Assembly: GCA_029564765.1 (NCBI GenBank)
Contig: JAKQPK010000023.1
Location: 163,640-227,639, forward strand
Reading direction: 5' to 3'
From: Candidatus Omnitrophota bacterium
Lineage (GTDB): Bacteria; Omnitrophota; Gorgyraeia; Zapsychrales; Aceulaceae
DNA length: 64,000 nt
Below are positions 17,943 through 28,390 of the stretch, in pieces (positions within the stretch are counted from its first letter, which is position 1; each line of letters begins with the position of its first letter). Under the pieces are notes generated by a model, which had not been told where the DNA came from, did not search any database, and worked only from the letters and a program-made list of their open reading frames with translations. The position numbers were made by a program, and so were the translations under genes.

Positions 17943-20261
17943 CTAAAGGGATCTTTTGATCTCCTCTGCTTCCCGACGTAAAAAGCGATCAACGGGATCG
18001 ATCTTCAATCCCCTTAAAAAAGCTTCCTGAGCTTTTTTATATTGCCCTAAAGATTTATAGCAAAGCCCTATCTTTCTATAAACACTTGATTCGCGCGGAT
18101 AAGCTAAAGAGATCAAGCCATAAAATTCTATCGCAAGCATATAACGCTTTTGATGCATTAGAGTATCCGCGGCCTCCAGCGCAAGATCCAGGTCTTCAGG
18201 ATAAAAAGACAAACCCTTACGCATCGCCTGGATGGCATTTTTATCCTCTTTTAAAGCTGCTAACGATCCTGCAAGGCCAAAGAAGACCTTTGGTTTACGA
18301 ACGCGATGTTTCTGAAGAATTTTAAACTGACGCACGGCCTCCTTATGATCCCCTAATGCCGCGTACATCAAGGCCAGCTGATAACGCATGTTCGCATCCC
18401 GGCCTGCAAGCATTGTCGCCAAACGGAAATCTTCAAAAGCCTTGTGAAGCTCTTTGTTTTTCTTCCAGATCTTTCCACGGATATAGTACGCTTCCGGAGC
18501 GTCTGGTGCTGCCAAGAGAGCGCGCGATATCTGATCGCGCGCCAAGTCATCTAAGCCTAAAGATTCCAGCGCATAAGCGCGCTTGATCTCACGATAAGGA
18601 AAAACGTCTCGCGGGCCTAAACGCTGAAGATCAATATCAGAAAATGTGAGGCTTTTCTTGTCTTTCTGAAATCTCTGGATCAGCGCTTGATGGCAAGGGA
18701 TCTTCTTTAAGAAAATGACCGCGTCATGATCAAGATAGACCAAAGCCCACTGCTCATTTTTATACAAATGCTGCAAGATCTTTTCACCGATATGATTGAT
18801 CGATGAGCTTAAGAAAACCCCGATAAGCTGGTATTTCTCCGCGGCCCTCAAGAACGCGGCCTCATCTCCGTCGTCCCAGATCTTAACATAATCCTGAAAG
18901 AATTGAGGTCCGTAGAATTCTGTGCGTCCGTCAATAAAAACGCGGACCTGCGGCGAGCAACGGCCTATCAAAAAAGCTCCAGAATTGAAATCATTAAAGA
19001 AATTACCTTTAATACCATTATCATTGATAAAGCGAGAAGCAGCCCATGGATAGGCCCTTAAGTTGATCCCGCCATAATAACTTTTCATCTCATATTGATC
19101 AAAATTAAAATATATTTTCTGGGATTCCTTGAGGCCATAGCGCACGATCCAGAAGATCATAATGATATTCAGCATCGCGATCGTGATATATCGAAACGTT
19201 CGGTCCTTGAAGCGAAAAGGCAGGATATCTTCTAAAGCATATTCTGAAAAATTCAGGATAGTGACAATGCACGCAACAACCCCGAAGAACAAGATGTTGC
19301 GCACAGCCTGAAGAGAAAAAGCAAGGAGCAGAACCCATAAAAAAAGAGCGGAAAGATCAATGCGTCGGCGGTTAACAATAAAGCTACATCCTGAAATAAA
19401 TATCAAAGCCTTATAGGCTATATGTTTTAATGTCCAAAGATCGCTAAAAAGGATCGGTCTTTGCAGTTCTTGTATATGACTAAAGAATATTCGTGAATCT
19501 CCAGAAACCTGCCAAAGAACAGAGAACGGATATAAAGCGCCGTGAATATGTTGGGGATTCACTAAGCACGCCAAGCTGGTAAAAACAAAAAGAACTTTCA
19601 TCTTTGTAAGTTCATCATTCGTCAACCGCCCGATATCGTTCCACTGCCACGGAAGCTTTACATGCCGCTTGATCAATTCACACAGGATGCCCAGAAGGAC
19701 AAGAAGAGGGCCAAAAATAAAGAACCCATGGACATTGACCCACAGGATCTGAACCCCCACTAAAACCCAAAGGCTCAAGCGCTTATCCAGATGAAGCGAG
19801 AGAATGTAGACATAGACGACAAAGAACAAAAGGCTTAAAAGATCTGGCCTCATGGTCATGCGGCTTTGATAGATCATGGCCAGCAAGAACAAAAGGAATA
19901 CGGTAAAACAATGCCGTCGACGAATATCGCTAAGAAGGAATAAGAACAAAAACGTAAAGGCGACGACAACCACTTGCGCCATAAAAAGACCGTCAAGGCC
20001 TCCAATAGACAGCGCCAAATAGAAGATCACCTGAAACAACCATGAGTGATTATTCCATGGCTGGCCAGCCATGGTGCAGGAAAAAATATCCTTGATCGGG
20101 ATAAAGCCTTGCTCAACGATCACTTCTCCGGTCTTTAAATGAAGCCAGAGATCAAAATCCGTAACCTCAAAATTAGACAAGAAGACAACCAGGCCTATCA
20201 GGACACCAAAACACAGCATCCCAGTGATGTAACAGCTCTTTTTGCAGATCTTTTCTAGCAT
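17943..20261 (-). CDS. Polytopic membrane protein (GT-C-like) with C-terminal TPR repeats
   Basis: About 11 hydrophobic segments; DLWLHLKTG, WVNVHGFF, VFIDGRTEFY motifs; TPR-like C-terminal third. Confidence 0.7.
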   Translation of the reverse strand: MLEKICKKSCYITGMLCFGVLIGLVVFLSNFEVTDFDLWLHLKTGEVIVEQGFIPIKDIFSCTMAGQPWNNHSWLFQVIFYLALSIGGLDGLFMAQVVVVAFTFLFLFLLSDIRRRHCFTVFLLFLLAMIYQSRMTMRPDLLSLLFFVVYVYILSLHLDKRLSLWVLVGVQILWVNVHGFFIFGPLLVLLGILCELIKRHVKLPWQWNDIGRLTNDELTKMKVLFVFTSLACLVNPQHIHGALYPFSVLWQVSGDSRIFFSHIQELQRPILFSDLWTLKHIAYKALIFISGCSFIVNRRRIDLSALFLWVLLLAFSLQAVRNILFFGVVACIVTILNFSEYALEDILPFRFKDRTFRYITIAMLNIIMIFWIVRYGLKESQKIYFNFDQYEMKSYYGGINLRAYPWAASRFINDNGIKGNFFNDFNSGAFLIGRCSPQVRVFIDGRTEFYGPQFFQDYVKIWDDGDEAAFLRAAEKYQLIGVFLSSSINHIGEKILQHLYKNEQWALVYLDHDAVIFLKKIPCHQALIQRFQKDKKSLTFSDIDLQRLGPRDVFPYREIKRAYALESLGLDDLARDQISRALLAAPDAPEAYYIRGKIWKKNKELHKAFEDFRLATMLAGRDANMRYQLALMYAALGDHKEAVRQFKILQKHRVRKPKVFFGLAGSLAALKEDKNAIQAMRKGLSFYPEDLDLALEAADTLMHQKRYMLAIEFYGLISLAYPRESSVYRKIGLCYKSLGQYKKAQEAFLRGLKIDPVDRFLRREAEEIKRSL

Positions 20262-20274
20262 AGAAACCTTTTTG

Positions 20275-21138
20275 TTATTCTAACACAAAATGTCCCTTTG
20301 TCTTCTGTGTCCAGCGCATTTTTGACGATGCCCAATCAAAAACAAAATCCCGATCACAGCGGTAACTCATGGCCGCGGATAAAAGGTTTTTGGTATACGG
20401 ATGCTGTGGCTGATTGAGCAAGGATTCCCGGTACGCCTGCTCAACGATCCTTCCTTGATACATCACGGCGATCTGAGGACAAAGTTTTTTGATGACATTA
20501 AGATTATGTGAGATAAAAAAGTATGTTACCCCAAATCTTTGCTGCAGATCTAAAAGCATGTTCAAAACCTGCTCCTGTACGAGAACATCTAAGGAGGATA
20601 CCGCCTCATCCAGGATCACAAGTTGCGGATCAGCGGCCAAAGCACGCGCGATCGCGATACGTTGACGCTCCCCACCGCTGAACTCATAAGGGAACCTGTG
20701 CAGGATATCCGGCGAGAGCCCGACCGCCAAGAGAAGCTCACGGAACCTACCTTCTTTTTCTGCAGTAGACAACGATGAAAGAAGCATGGCCTCATTTAAG
20801 ATACGGCGTATCGTAAAGCGAGGATCAAGGCTGTTAAACGGGTCTTGAAAAACCATCTGTATCTTGCGGCGTAAAGGCCTCATCTGTGTTTGCGACAGCA
20901 AAGAAATATTCTTACCTCCAAGGATGATCTCTCCTGTATCAGGCGCGATCAGCTTCATAGCAATACGCGCCAGTGTTGTCTTGCCGCATCCGGATTCTCC
21001 TACCAGGCCCAAGCTTTCCTTATGCGCGATCTGCAAGCTGACATCATCCACGGCGCGCACAACATGCTGCGGCCTTCCTCGCCAGTCTGTTGCGGTCACA
21101 AAATGTTTCTTGATATTCTTAAGGGCTAATACCGTCAT
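20275..21138 (-). CDS. Peptide/nickel ABC transporter ATPase (OppF/DppF-like)
   Basis: GESGCGKTT, QMVFQDP, FSGGERQR, LDEAVSSLD, HPYT. Confidence 0.92.
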   Translation of the reverse strand: MTVLALKNIKKHFVTATDWRGRPQHVVRAVDDVSLQIAHKESLGLVGESGCGKTTLARIAMKLIAPDTGEIILGGKNISLLSQTQMRPLRRKIQMVFQDPFNSLDPRFTIRRILNEAMLLSSLSTAEKEGRFRELLLAVGLSPDILHRFPYEFSGGERQRIAIARALAADPQLVILDEAVSSLDVLVQEQVLNMLLDLQQRFGVTYFFISHNLNVIKKLCPQIAVMYQGRIVEQAYRESLLNQPQHPYTKNLLSAAMSYRCDRDFVFDWASSKMRWTQKTKGHFVLE

Positions 21139-21920
21139 AAGCTTATTGTTGTGATCAATCGTTTTGTGAAATCATGATGTGCGTGGCTCAAAACATCCTG
21201 CGTGTTGCCCTGTTCAACGATCCTTCCCTCATACAAAATAAATACGCGATCCGACATGGCCTTGACCAAACCAAGATCATGGGTGATCAGCAGCAACGAC
21301 AATGAAAGTTGTTTCTTTAGTTTTGCAAAAAGCTCAATGATGCGCGCTTGTACCGTGACATCCAGATTGCTTGTCGGTTCATCCGCGATGATCACCTTTG
21401 GCGAAGCCGCGATCGCTTGTGCGATCATCGCCCTTTGACGAAGGCCGGCGCTCAACTGATGTGGATGCGCGGACGCTACCCGCCGAGGTTCAGGGATCTC
21501 GACCATGTCCAGCAGGGTGCAAACCCTATCCATGATCTTTGCGCGCGGATGATCTGTATGCTCTTGCACAACTTCCGCGATCTGATCCCCGATACGGAAT
21601 ACCGGGTTAAACGCACTTAACGGTTCCTGAAAGATCATGCTGATCTCTTTGCCGCGAAGACGGCGCAATGAGGATCGCTGCAAACTTAAAAGATCCTGGC
21701 CTAAAAACAATATCTTGCCGTTATGAACCTTCATGGCAGAAGGCAAAAGACCTAAAATTGCAAGGCCTAAGCTTGTCTTGCCGCCACCCGAACCTCCAAG
21801 CAAAGAAACAGTTTCCTGCGGCAAGATATTTAATGAAACATCACGCAATAGATCTCTGACCCCGTCCTCTTGCTGAAGACCGATCGACAGACCGCGGATA
21901 TCTAACAACACTTCTGACAT
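21135..21920 (-). CDS. Peptide/nickel ABC transporter ATPase (OppD/DppD-like)
   Basis: GGSGGGKT, SMIFQEP, LSAGLRQR, ADEPTSNLD, ITHDLG. Confidence 0.92.
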   Translation of the reverse strand: MSEVLLDIRGLSIGLQQEDGVRDLLRDVSLNILPQETVSLLGGSGGGKTSLGLAILGLLPSAMKVHNGKILFLGQDLLSLQRSSLRRLRGKEISMIFQEPLSAFNPVFRIGDQIAEVVQEHTDHPRAKIMDRVCTLLDMVEIPEPRRVASAHPHQLSAGLRQRAMIAQAIAASPKVIIADEPTSNLDVTVQARIIELFAKLKKQLSLSLLLITHDLGLVKAMSDRVFILYEGRIVEQGNTQDVLSHAHHDFTKRLITTISL

Positions 21921-21925
21921 GGCCC

Positions 21926-23020
21926 TTACCCTTCTACCTTAAGCGTTGGGTCCAGCGCGTCGCGCAAAGCGTCGCCAACGACATTAAAACAAATGACCGT
22001 TAAGAAAATAAAGAAACCCGGCAGCAAGATCCATGGGGCCAGCTGGATCGATACGATCCCCATGGCCTCTGACAATAGATTGCCCCAGCTAGCGTAAGGG
22101 TCTTGGATACCGAGCCCCAGCAAGCTGAGCGCGGACTCGCCCATGATATACCCAGGGATCGATAGCATGATCGCGATGATCGAATACGACATCGTATGAG
22201 GCAGAATATGGGTAGCGATGATCCTAATATCTGATAACCCCATTGCCTTGGCGGCCAACACATATTCTCTTTCTTTCAATGACATGCTCATTCCGCGGAT
22301 CACGCGCGCCAACGAAGCCCATCCGATAAATGAAAAAATAACGATGATCAAAAGATATACCTGAAATGAATTAAGGTGCGGCGGGAACGCGGCCCGCAAA
22401 GCCAGCATCAAATAAAAACCAGGGACCATCATGAACATTTCACAAATGCGCATCAGCACGTTGTCAACCCGCCCTCCATAGTAGCCGGCCATACCGCCAA
22501 CCAAGAGCCCTAAAACAAAAGAGATCGCGACGCCAATGATCCCGATGGATAGCGAAATGCGCGCGCCCCAAAAGATCCGCGAAAAAAGATCACGTCCGCG
22601 TGAATCCGCGCCCCAAAGATGAAGCCGCCCAGGGCTATCAACGCCAAACAAATGGCGATCCCAAGGGATCACCCCTAAAAGACGATACGAATCGCCCTTG
22701 GGCAAAAGACGGATAAAAAACTTCTGGGCCTTATCCTCGAGATAGATACGCCGATGAACTTCATTGAACGAAAAAGAAGTCGCGTACACATACGGACGGC
22801 TTAAAGCTCCTTGCTCATTTTTCCAATGGACCTTCATGGGAGGACAAAAGGAATAACTGCGGTCTTCATTATCATAACGGTAAGGCGAAAGAAAATCCGC
22901 GAATATCGCCGTTGTGTACAACAGCCCTAAAACGATCAAACAAAAGACCGCCCAGCGATTGCGCACAAAGACCGCGTAGCCGGCTTGAAACTGATTGAGG
23001 GGTTTTTTATCTTTGTTCAT
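21926..23020 (-). CDS. Peptide ABC transporter permease (OppC-like)
   Basis: GADSRGRDLFSRI, EYVLAAKAMG EAA loop, ESALSLLGLG. Confidence 0.93.
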   Translation of the reverse strand: MNKDKKPLNQFQAGYAVFVRNRWAVFCLIVLGLLYTTAIFADFLSPYRYDNEDRSYSFCPPMKVHWKNEQGALSRPYVYATSFSFNEVHRRIYLEDKAQKFFIRLLPKGDSYRLLGVIPWDRHLFGVDSPGRLHLWGADSRGRDLFSRIFWGARISLSIGIIGVAISFVLGLLVGGMAGYYGGRVDNVLMRICEMFMMVPGFYLMLALRAAFPPHLNSFQVYLLIIVIFSFIGWASLARVIRGMSMSLKEREYVLAAKAMGLSDIRIIATHILPHTMSYSIIAIMLSIPGYIMGESALSLLGLGIQDPYASWGNLLSEAMGIVSIQLAPWILLPGFFIFLTVICFNVVGDALRDALDPTLKVEG

Positions 23021-23978
23021 AACGAATGCGCGGGTCTGCCCACGCTAATAAAATATCCGCTAATAAATTACCGAGCAAAAGCAGAACGCCTCCCATCATC
23101 ATATTAGCCATCACCAAATAAACATCCTTGGCCCGAACGGCCGTGAGCATCAAGGCCCCGATACCAGGCCAACTGCATATGATCTCGACCAAGGCGGCTC
23201 CGCTTAAAAGCCCTGAAAAATGATATCCCAAAAGCGTGATCATCGGATTGATAGCGTTACGCAAAGCATGTTTGAAGATGACCTTATTTTCCGGCAAGCC
23301 CTTAGCCCGTGCGGCTAAAATATATTGCTGGCCTAAGGCATCTAGTAAATTGCCACGCATTACCCTTTGCAGCGCCGCGATCGACCCCAGCGAAATGACG
23401 ACCGTTGGGATCAACAAATGCCTCAATAGGTCCACAAAACGCTGGCCCCAAGAAAGATCCTGAGCGTGGACACTGTGCATCCCGCCTAATGGCAAGCCTC
23501 CGACGACAGAAACCGCGTAAAGAAAAAGGATGGCAAAAAAGAAGCTGGGAACCGACAGGCATAAAAACGACCCTAGCGACAGGATCTTATCGATCCAGCG
23601 ATTGCGGTATACGGCCATGATGATCCCCAAGGGGATCGCCAAAGCCCACGTTAAGATCAAACTGCTTATGGACAGAAGAAAGGTATTCCACAGCCTAACC
23701 TTCATGATGTCCACGACCGGAGTGTTGTAATAAAATGAATACCCCAGATCAAATTTAAGGATATTTTTCAGCCAGACCAGGTATTGCTCTAAGAGGGGCT
23801 TGTCCAAGTGGTAAAGTTTTTCATAATGGGCGATCGTGTCCGGAGAAACGCGGGGGTCCATCTTAAGCGTGTCAAAGAAATTGCCAGGCGTGACCGTGAT
23901 CAGCAAAAAGGTCATAAATGAGATCCCCAGCAAGAGCGGCAACGAAACAATTATGCGGCGAATAATGAATTTGATCAT
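23007..23978 (-). CDS. Peptide ABC transporter permease (OppB-like)
   Basis: LDKPLLEQY, FDLGYS, YILAARAKGL, KHALRNA, EIICSWPGIG. Confidence 0.93.
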   Translation of the reverse strand: MIKFIIRRIIVSLPLLLGISFMTFLLITVTPGNFFDTLKMDPRVSPDTIAHYEKLYHLDKPLLEQYLVWLKNILKFDLGYSFYYNTPVVDIMKVRLWNTFLLSISSLILTWALAIPLGIIMAVYRNRWIDKILSLGSFLCLSVPSFFFAILFLYAVSVVGGLPLGGMHSVHAQDLSWGQRFVDLLRHLLIPTVVISLGSIAALQRVMRGNLLDALGQQYILAARAKGLPENKVIFKHALRNAINPMITLLGYHFSGLLSGAALVEIICSWPGIGALMLTAVRAKDVYLVMANMMMGGVLLLLGNLLADILLAWADPRIRYEQR

Positions 23979-25744
23979 CGGTTGCGATAAGATGGTTTAA
24001 GGTATAGTTCCTCGAGATTATGAAAGATCCCGCCAAATTTCGACGGCGTTAAATTCTCAAATTTGTTGCGCACAGCCACAAGGCTCGCGTTAAAGACCGT
24101 GTAAATGAGCGGCAGCTGTTGGGAGACGATCAACTGCCATTCATCATACAAGGGTTTACGCTTGGCATCATCTAAGATCTGCACGCCTTCCGTAAAGATC
24201 TCATCAACTCTTTTCTCCCAGGCAGTCGCGGGGACAGGCTGGCCTGGGTTCCAAAAATGCAGCTGGCCGTTGGACACCCAAACATTTTTTCCAAAATGAG
24301 GCTCCAGCCCTCCGGTCAATCCTAGAACGATCGCGTCCCACTCATAATTCGCCATCAATTTAGAAACGATACTGTTAAATTCCAAGCCTAAAAAGTTGAC
24401 CTTTATCCCCAAGAGCTGCAGGTCCCGACGGATGATCGCGGCGATCTGCAAGCGTTCGTTGGAATCCGAATTGGTGTACAAATTGAACTCCACCCTATGG
24501 CCCTGAGCATCCTCTAAGATGCCGTCCTTGTCGCGGTCCACAAAACCCTCTTGCGCGAGGATCTGTTTTGCTTTCGATAGATCATATTCATAACGGACAA
24601 CATCCGGATTATAAAAAGCAATATTGTTGGGGTTTTCCGCCGCGTCTTGCGGATAGCCCAGGCCGTTCATGACGATCTCGATGATCCTTTGCTTATCGAT
24701 CGCGTGCGCCACGGCCCTTCGAAAATGAACATTGGAAAACCACGACAGCTTGACCGGGTCAACGAACGGTTTTTGTGTCTTAGGGTTAAGGCGCGAATTC
24801 TGATTAAAGACTAAGAAATTACTGGAAAACGCTGAGCCCAGGTCGTACACCGTGAAATCTTTTTTCTTCTCCAAAGGTTTTAAAATAGAATAATCCATGC
24901 CCCGCACAGAAGTAGAATCTACTTCCCCGTCTAAGAATTTCAGCAAAGCCACGTCCTGGTTGGGCACGATCAAGAAAATGATCCGTTGAATGTACGGCAG
25001 GCGCTGGCCGCTCGGTTCCTTTCGCCAATAATGCGGGTTGGCCTCAAGCACGATCTGCCGGCCCGGCGCGTATTGCGCCAGGACGTACGGGCCTGTGCCC
25101 ACGATCTCCCGCACGGGTGTGTCAATACCCCAGGTAAAATTAAAACGGCCCGCGGAAACAGCAGACGCGAGCTTATGCTCAGGCAAAATGGAAGTTCCCA
25201 ACGAGCGCAAGAAAGGCGCGAATTTCATTGGCAAGGTAAAGCGGACCGTGTGCGTGTCGAGCTTTTCAACGAGGATCTGTTTTCCGTCAATCGTGAAAAT
25301 ATCACGGTCCGAGGACGGAATGTCAGGGTTGTAAATAAGTTCGTTAAAGGTAAAAAGGACGTCCGCGGCGCTAAAGGGTTTTCCGTCGGACCAAAGGACG
25401 TCCTGGCGCAAGGCAAAGGTCCACACCAGCCCGTCAGGGCTGATCGTCCATTTTTCGGCCAAGCACGGTTCCACGGCCAGAGTGACAGCGTTGGTGCGGG
25501 TCAGACCTTCAAAGACGTGGCTGATCACGACCGTTGAGGAAGTTTCTTGGGCCGTGATCGGATTAAAGGATTTTGGGTCAGAGCTGGTGGCGAACACTAC
25601 TTGCCCACCGTGACGGCGCGGCGGTTGCTCTTGCGCGCAAACAACGCACGCAGCCAAAGACAACAAAAAAACTACTAAGCCTGTTAGTAGTTTTTTGTTC
25701 AGCGAAAGAAAAGGGAATTTCTTATTGAGCCACGGGCTGTTCAC
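23975..25744 (-). CDS. Peptide ABC transporter substrate-binding protein (family 5)
   Basis: GGQVVFATSSDPKSFNP, WSDGKPFSAADVLFT, VGTGPY. Start uncertain: GTG 25744 chosen because the ORF-track start overlaps secG extensively. Confidence 0.9.
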   Translation of the reverse strand: MNSPWLNKKFPFLSLNKKLLTGLVVFLLSLAACVVCAQEQPPRRHGGQVVFATSSDPKSFNPITAQETSSTVVISHVFEGLTRTNAVTLAVEPCLAEKWTISPDGLVWTFALRQDVLWSDGKPFSAADVLFTFNELIYNPDIPSSDRDIFTIDGKQILVEKLDTHTVRFTLPMKFAPFLRSLGTSILPEHKLASAVSAGRFNFTWGIDTPVREIVGTGPYVLAQYAPGRQIVLEANPHYWRKEPSGQRLPYIQRIIFLIVPNQDVALLKFLDGEVDSTSVRGMDYSILKPLEKKKDFTVYDLGSAFSSNFLVFNQNSRLNPKTQKPFVDPVKLSWFSNVHFRRAVAHAIDKQRIIEIVMNGLGYPQDAAENPNNIAFYNPDVVRYEYDLSKAKQILAQEGFVDRDKDGILEDAQGHRVEFNLYTNSDSNERLQIAAIIRRDLQLLGIKVNFLGLEFNSIVSKLMANYEWDAIVLGLTGGLEPHFGKNVWVSNGQLHFWNPGQPVPATAWEKRVDEIFTEGVQILDDAKRKPLYDEWQLIVSQQLPLIYTVFNASLVAVRNKFENLTPSKFGGIFHNLEELYLKPSYRNR

Positions 25745-26093
25745 GGACGTCGTCGGCTGGAACTGCCGCGTTAATTTCAATAGTTTGGGCATTCTTTGAA
25801 GCCTCGTCAAAAAGCTTGTCAGGGTCGATCGTTTGTTCGACCTCTCTGTCCGCTAACAAAAGGGATTTGTCGCGCTGAGCCGATAAATACGCCAAGCTTA
25901 AGGACGTGACCAGGAACACGATCCCAATGATCGTGGTCGCGCGGACCAGCAGCACGTTGGTCTTGGGCCCAAAAACAGACTCCGCCGCAGCGAACGCTTC
26001 TGTCAAACCGCCGCCTCTACCCGACTGCATCAAAACAACGGCCATTAACAGAAGGCAAGCAAGAACGTGAACGATCAAAACAAATGTGTACAT
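25722..26093 (-). CDS. secG: Preprotein translocase subunit SecG
   Basis: Two TM helices, VLMQSGRGGGL; follows tpiA. Confidence 0.9.
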   Translation of the reverse strand: MYTFVLIVHVLACLLLMAVVLMQSGRGGGLTEAFAAAESVFGPKTNVLLVRATTIIGIVFLVTSLSLAYLSAQRDKSLLLADREVEQTIDPDKLFDEASKNAQTIEINAAVPADDVREQPVAQ

Positions 26094-26105
26094 ATTTTCT
26101 CCTCT

Positions 26106-26867
26106 TTATTGGGCCAGTGCCCCTTGAACGATCCCGGCGAACGAGTCGCCTTTCAAGCTCGCGCCGCCGACCAGCGCCCCGTCAATGTCGGGCTGGGAAA
26201 GTAACTCGCGGGTGTTTTCCGCCTTAACACTGCCACCGTACTGAATTCGCACAGCGTTCGCGACCGCCTGGCCGTGCATTTTTTCTAACAACTTTCGAAT
26301 AAAACTGTGGACTTCCTGGGCCTGCGCAGGGGTCGCGGTCTTGCCCGTGCCGATCGCCCAGACCGGCTCGTAAGCAACGATCATTTTTTCTGTTTCCTGC
26401 GCGCTAAACCCTTTCAAAGAATTCTCGACGTGGTCCTGCACAACGGCAAAAGTCTTGCCGGACTCGCGCTCCGCTAAATTCTCACCCACACAAACGATCG
26501 GAATTAAACCGTGCGCCAAGGCCGCCTTGATCTTGTTGTTCACCGTTTCGTTAGTTTCGCCAAAAAATTGTCGTCTCTCCGAATGTCCGATGATCACGTA
26601 CTGACAGCCGGCATCCTTTAGCAGCGGTGCTGACACCTCACCGGTAAACGCTCCCGCGTCCTGCCAATAAAGGTCCTGGCCTCCCAAGCCGATATTCGTT
26701 CCCTTCAAAGCTTCCGCGACCTTGGAAAGCGCGGTAAAGACCGGACACACAACAATGTCCACGTCTGTCACGCCAGCGCAGCGCGCCTTCAGATCGTTGA
26801 CCAACTCCACAGCTTCCTTAATATTCTTATTTAATTTCCAATTTCCTGCGATTATAATTTTTCTCAC
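26106..26867 (-). CDS. tpiA: Triosephosphate isomerase
   Basis: AGNWK, GAFTGEVS, IGHSERR, AYEPVWAIGTG, YGGSV; start moved to GTG 26867. Confidence 0.97.
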   Translation of the reverse strand: MRKIIIAGNWKLNKNIKEAVELVNDLKARCAGVTDVDIVVCPVFTALSKVAEALKGTNIGLGGQDLYWQDAGAFTGEVSAPLLKDAGCQYVIIGHSERRQFFGETNETVNNKIKAALAHGLIPIVCVGENLAERESGKTFAVVQDHVENSLKGFSAQETEKMIVAYEPVWAIGTGKTATPAQAQEVHSFIRKLLEKMHGQAVANAVRIQYGGSVKAENTRELLSQPDIDGALVGGASLKGDSFAGIVQGALAQ

Positions 26868-26928
26868 AATGACAACCTTTCTTATTAAATGAGCGTCTGA
26901 CTTATGTAGCCGCAAGGCGATCATCAAG

Positions 26929-27035
26929 TCAGCCACGCGAATTTATCCCGTGAGGCTGAGCCGATTCACCTTGATTTTCCTTAGAAGAAATTGGCACGTC
27001 CCAATTTCACCTTAATTCACGCTAAAGAAAATTGG
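26929..27035. repeat. Cluster of short palindromes and an imperfect direct repeat in the pgk-tpiA spacer (REP-like)
   Basis: TCAGCC...GGCTGA hairpin (26929-26959); GAAATTGG-cacgtc-CCAATTTC (26987-27008); TTCACCTT...AAGAAA(A)TTGG twice. Confidence 0.55.
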
Positions 27036-27067
27036 ATCAGCGACCCAGTAGCCGAACAGGGACTTCC

Positions 27068-28252
27068 TTAAATTTTCTCCTTTAACGCCACGATGCCGGG
27101 AAGTTTTTTGCCTTCTAAATACTCCAACGACGCCCCTCCGCCGGTAGAAATATGCGTCATGGATTCCTCCACGCCAAACTTGCTCACGGCCGCCGCCGAA
27201 TCCCCACCGCCGACGATGGTCACCGCGCCCTTCAACCCCGCCAAATGCTGCGCAACGGCCTTTGTACCCTGGGCATACGCGTCCGTTTCAAAAACCCCCA
27301 CCGGCCCGTTCCAGACAATGGTCTTGGCCGCTGATAAGATCTTGTTAAAATTCTCCTGTGTCTTTGGCCCGATATCGACCGCCATCCACCCGTCAGGGAT
27401 CTGAGCCACGATCTTTTTAGTCTCGGGCTTGTCAAACTTTTCCACGACCAAATGATCGACCGGAAGCTCGATCACGACATTCATCTTGGCCGCTTTTTCT
27501 AGCAATGCCTTGGCCACGTCGACCTTATCCGCCTCAAGCTTAGAACTGCCGATCCCCTCACCCTTCGCCTTTAAAAATGTGTACGCCATACCGCCGCCGA
27601 TCAAAAGCGCGTTGGCTTTAGCGAGCAGATTCTCGACGAGCATGATCTTATCCGACACCTTGGCCCCACCTAAAATGACCGCAAAAGGCCGCGTTGGATT
27701 TTCGACCGCCTGACCCAGATACTGGATCTCTTTCTCGATCAAAAACCCCGCCACGCCGGGTAAATATTTGGCGATGCCTTCTGTGGAGGCATGCGCGCGA
27801 TGCGCGGTCCCGAACGCGTCATTGACATAAATATCCGCGAGCTCTGAGAGTTTCTTCGCGAATTCAGGATTATTTTTCTCTTCTTCTTTGTGGAAGCGAA
27901 GGTTCTCTAACAGGACGATCTTCTCGCTCGCAGCGCTGATCGCTGCTTTGACATTATCGCCAACACACTCATTGAGGATGAGGACTTTTTGCTTTAAAAG
28001 CTCTTCAATGCGCTTTCCCACCGGTGCCAAGCGCATACTCTCGACCACCGCCCCATCAGGACGCCCCAAATGGCTCATCAAGATAACCTTGTCAGCGCCT
28101 TTTTCCAGGATGTATTTGATCGTGGGCAGGGATTCTTGGATGCGTCGATCGTCGGTGATCTTTAAGCCCTTATCCAGAGGGACGTTAAAATCCGCACGGA
28201 TAATGACCTTTTTGCCTTTGACATCAATATCTTTGACCGTCATTTTATTCAT
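27068..28252 (-). CDS. pgk: Phosphoglycerate kinase
   Basis: RADFNVP, SHLGRP, LENLRF, NDAFGTAHRAHAS, GGAKVSDK, HISTGGGASLE. Confidence 0.98.
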   Translation of the reverse strand: MNKMTVKDIDVKGKKVIIRADFNVPLDKGLKITDDRRIQESLPTIKYILEKGADKVILMSHLGRPDGAVVESMRLAPVGKRIEELLKQKVLILNECVGDNVKAAISAASEKIVLLENLRFHKEEEKNNPEFAKKLSELADIYVNDAFGTAHRAHASTEGIAKYLPGVAGFLIEKEIQYLGQAVENPTRPFAVILGGAKVSDKIMLVENLLAKANALLIGGGMAYTFLKAKGEGIGSSKLEADKVDVAKALLEKAAKMNVVIELPVDHLVVEKFDKPETKKIVAQIPDGWMAVDIGPKTQENFNKILSAAKTIVWNGPVGVFETDAYAQGTKAVAQHLAGLKGAVTIVGGGDSAAAVSKFGVEESMTHISTGGGASLEYLEGKKLPGIVALKEKI

Positions 28253-28321
28253 AAAAACCTTCCCTTTTTGGATAAAATTTCGATAAAAAAGGTTAACAAC
28301 GAGGCCAACAAAATTAGGATT

Positions 28322-28349
28322 ATTATATATATTTCTATTATTTTGTCAA
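28322..28349 (-). promoter_or_regulatory. sigma70 promoter of the pgk-tpiA-secG operon
   Basis: Minus strand TTGACA (28349-28344), 16 bp spacer, TATAAT (28327-28322). Confidence 0.7.
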
Positions 28350-28390
28350 TGAAGCAACTGCCGCGATCTTAAGGCCGCAGGCTCGAAAGA

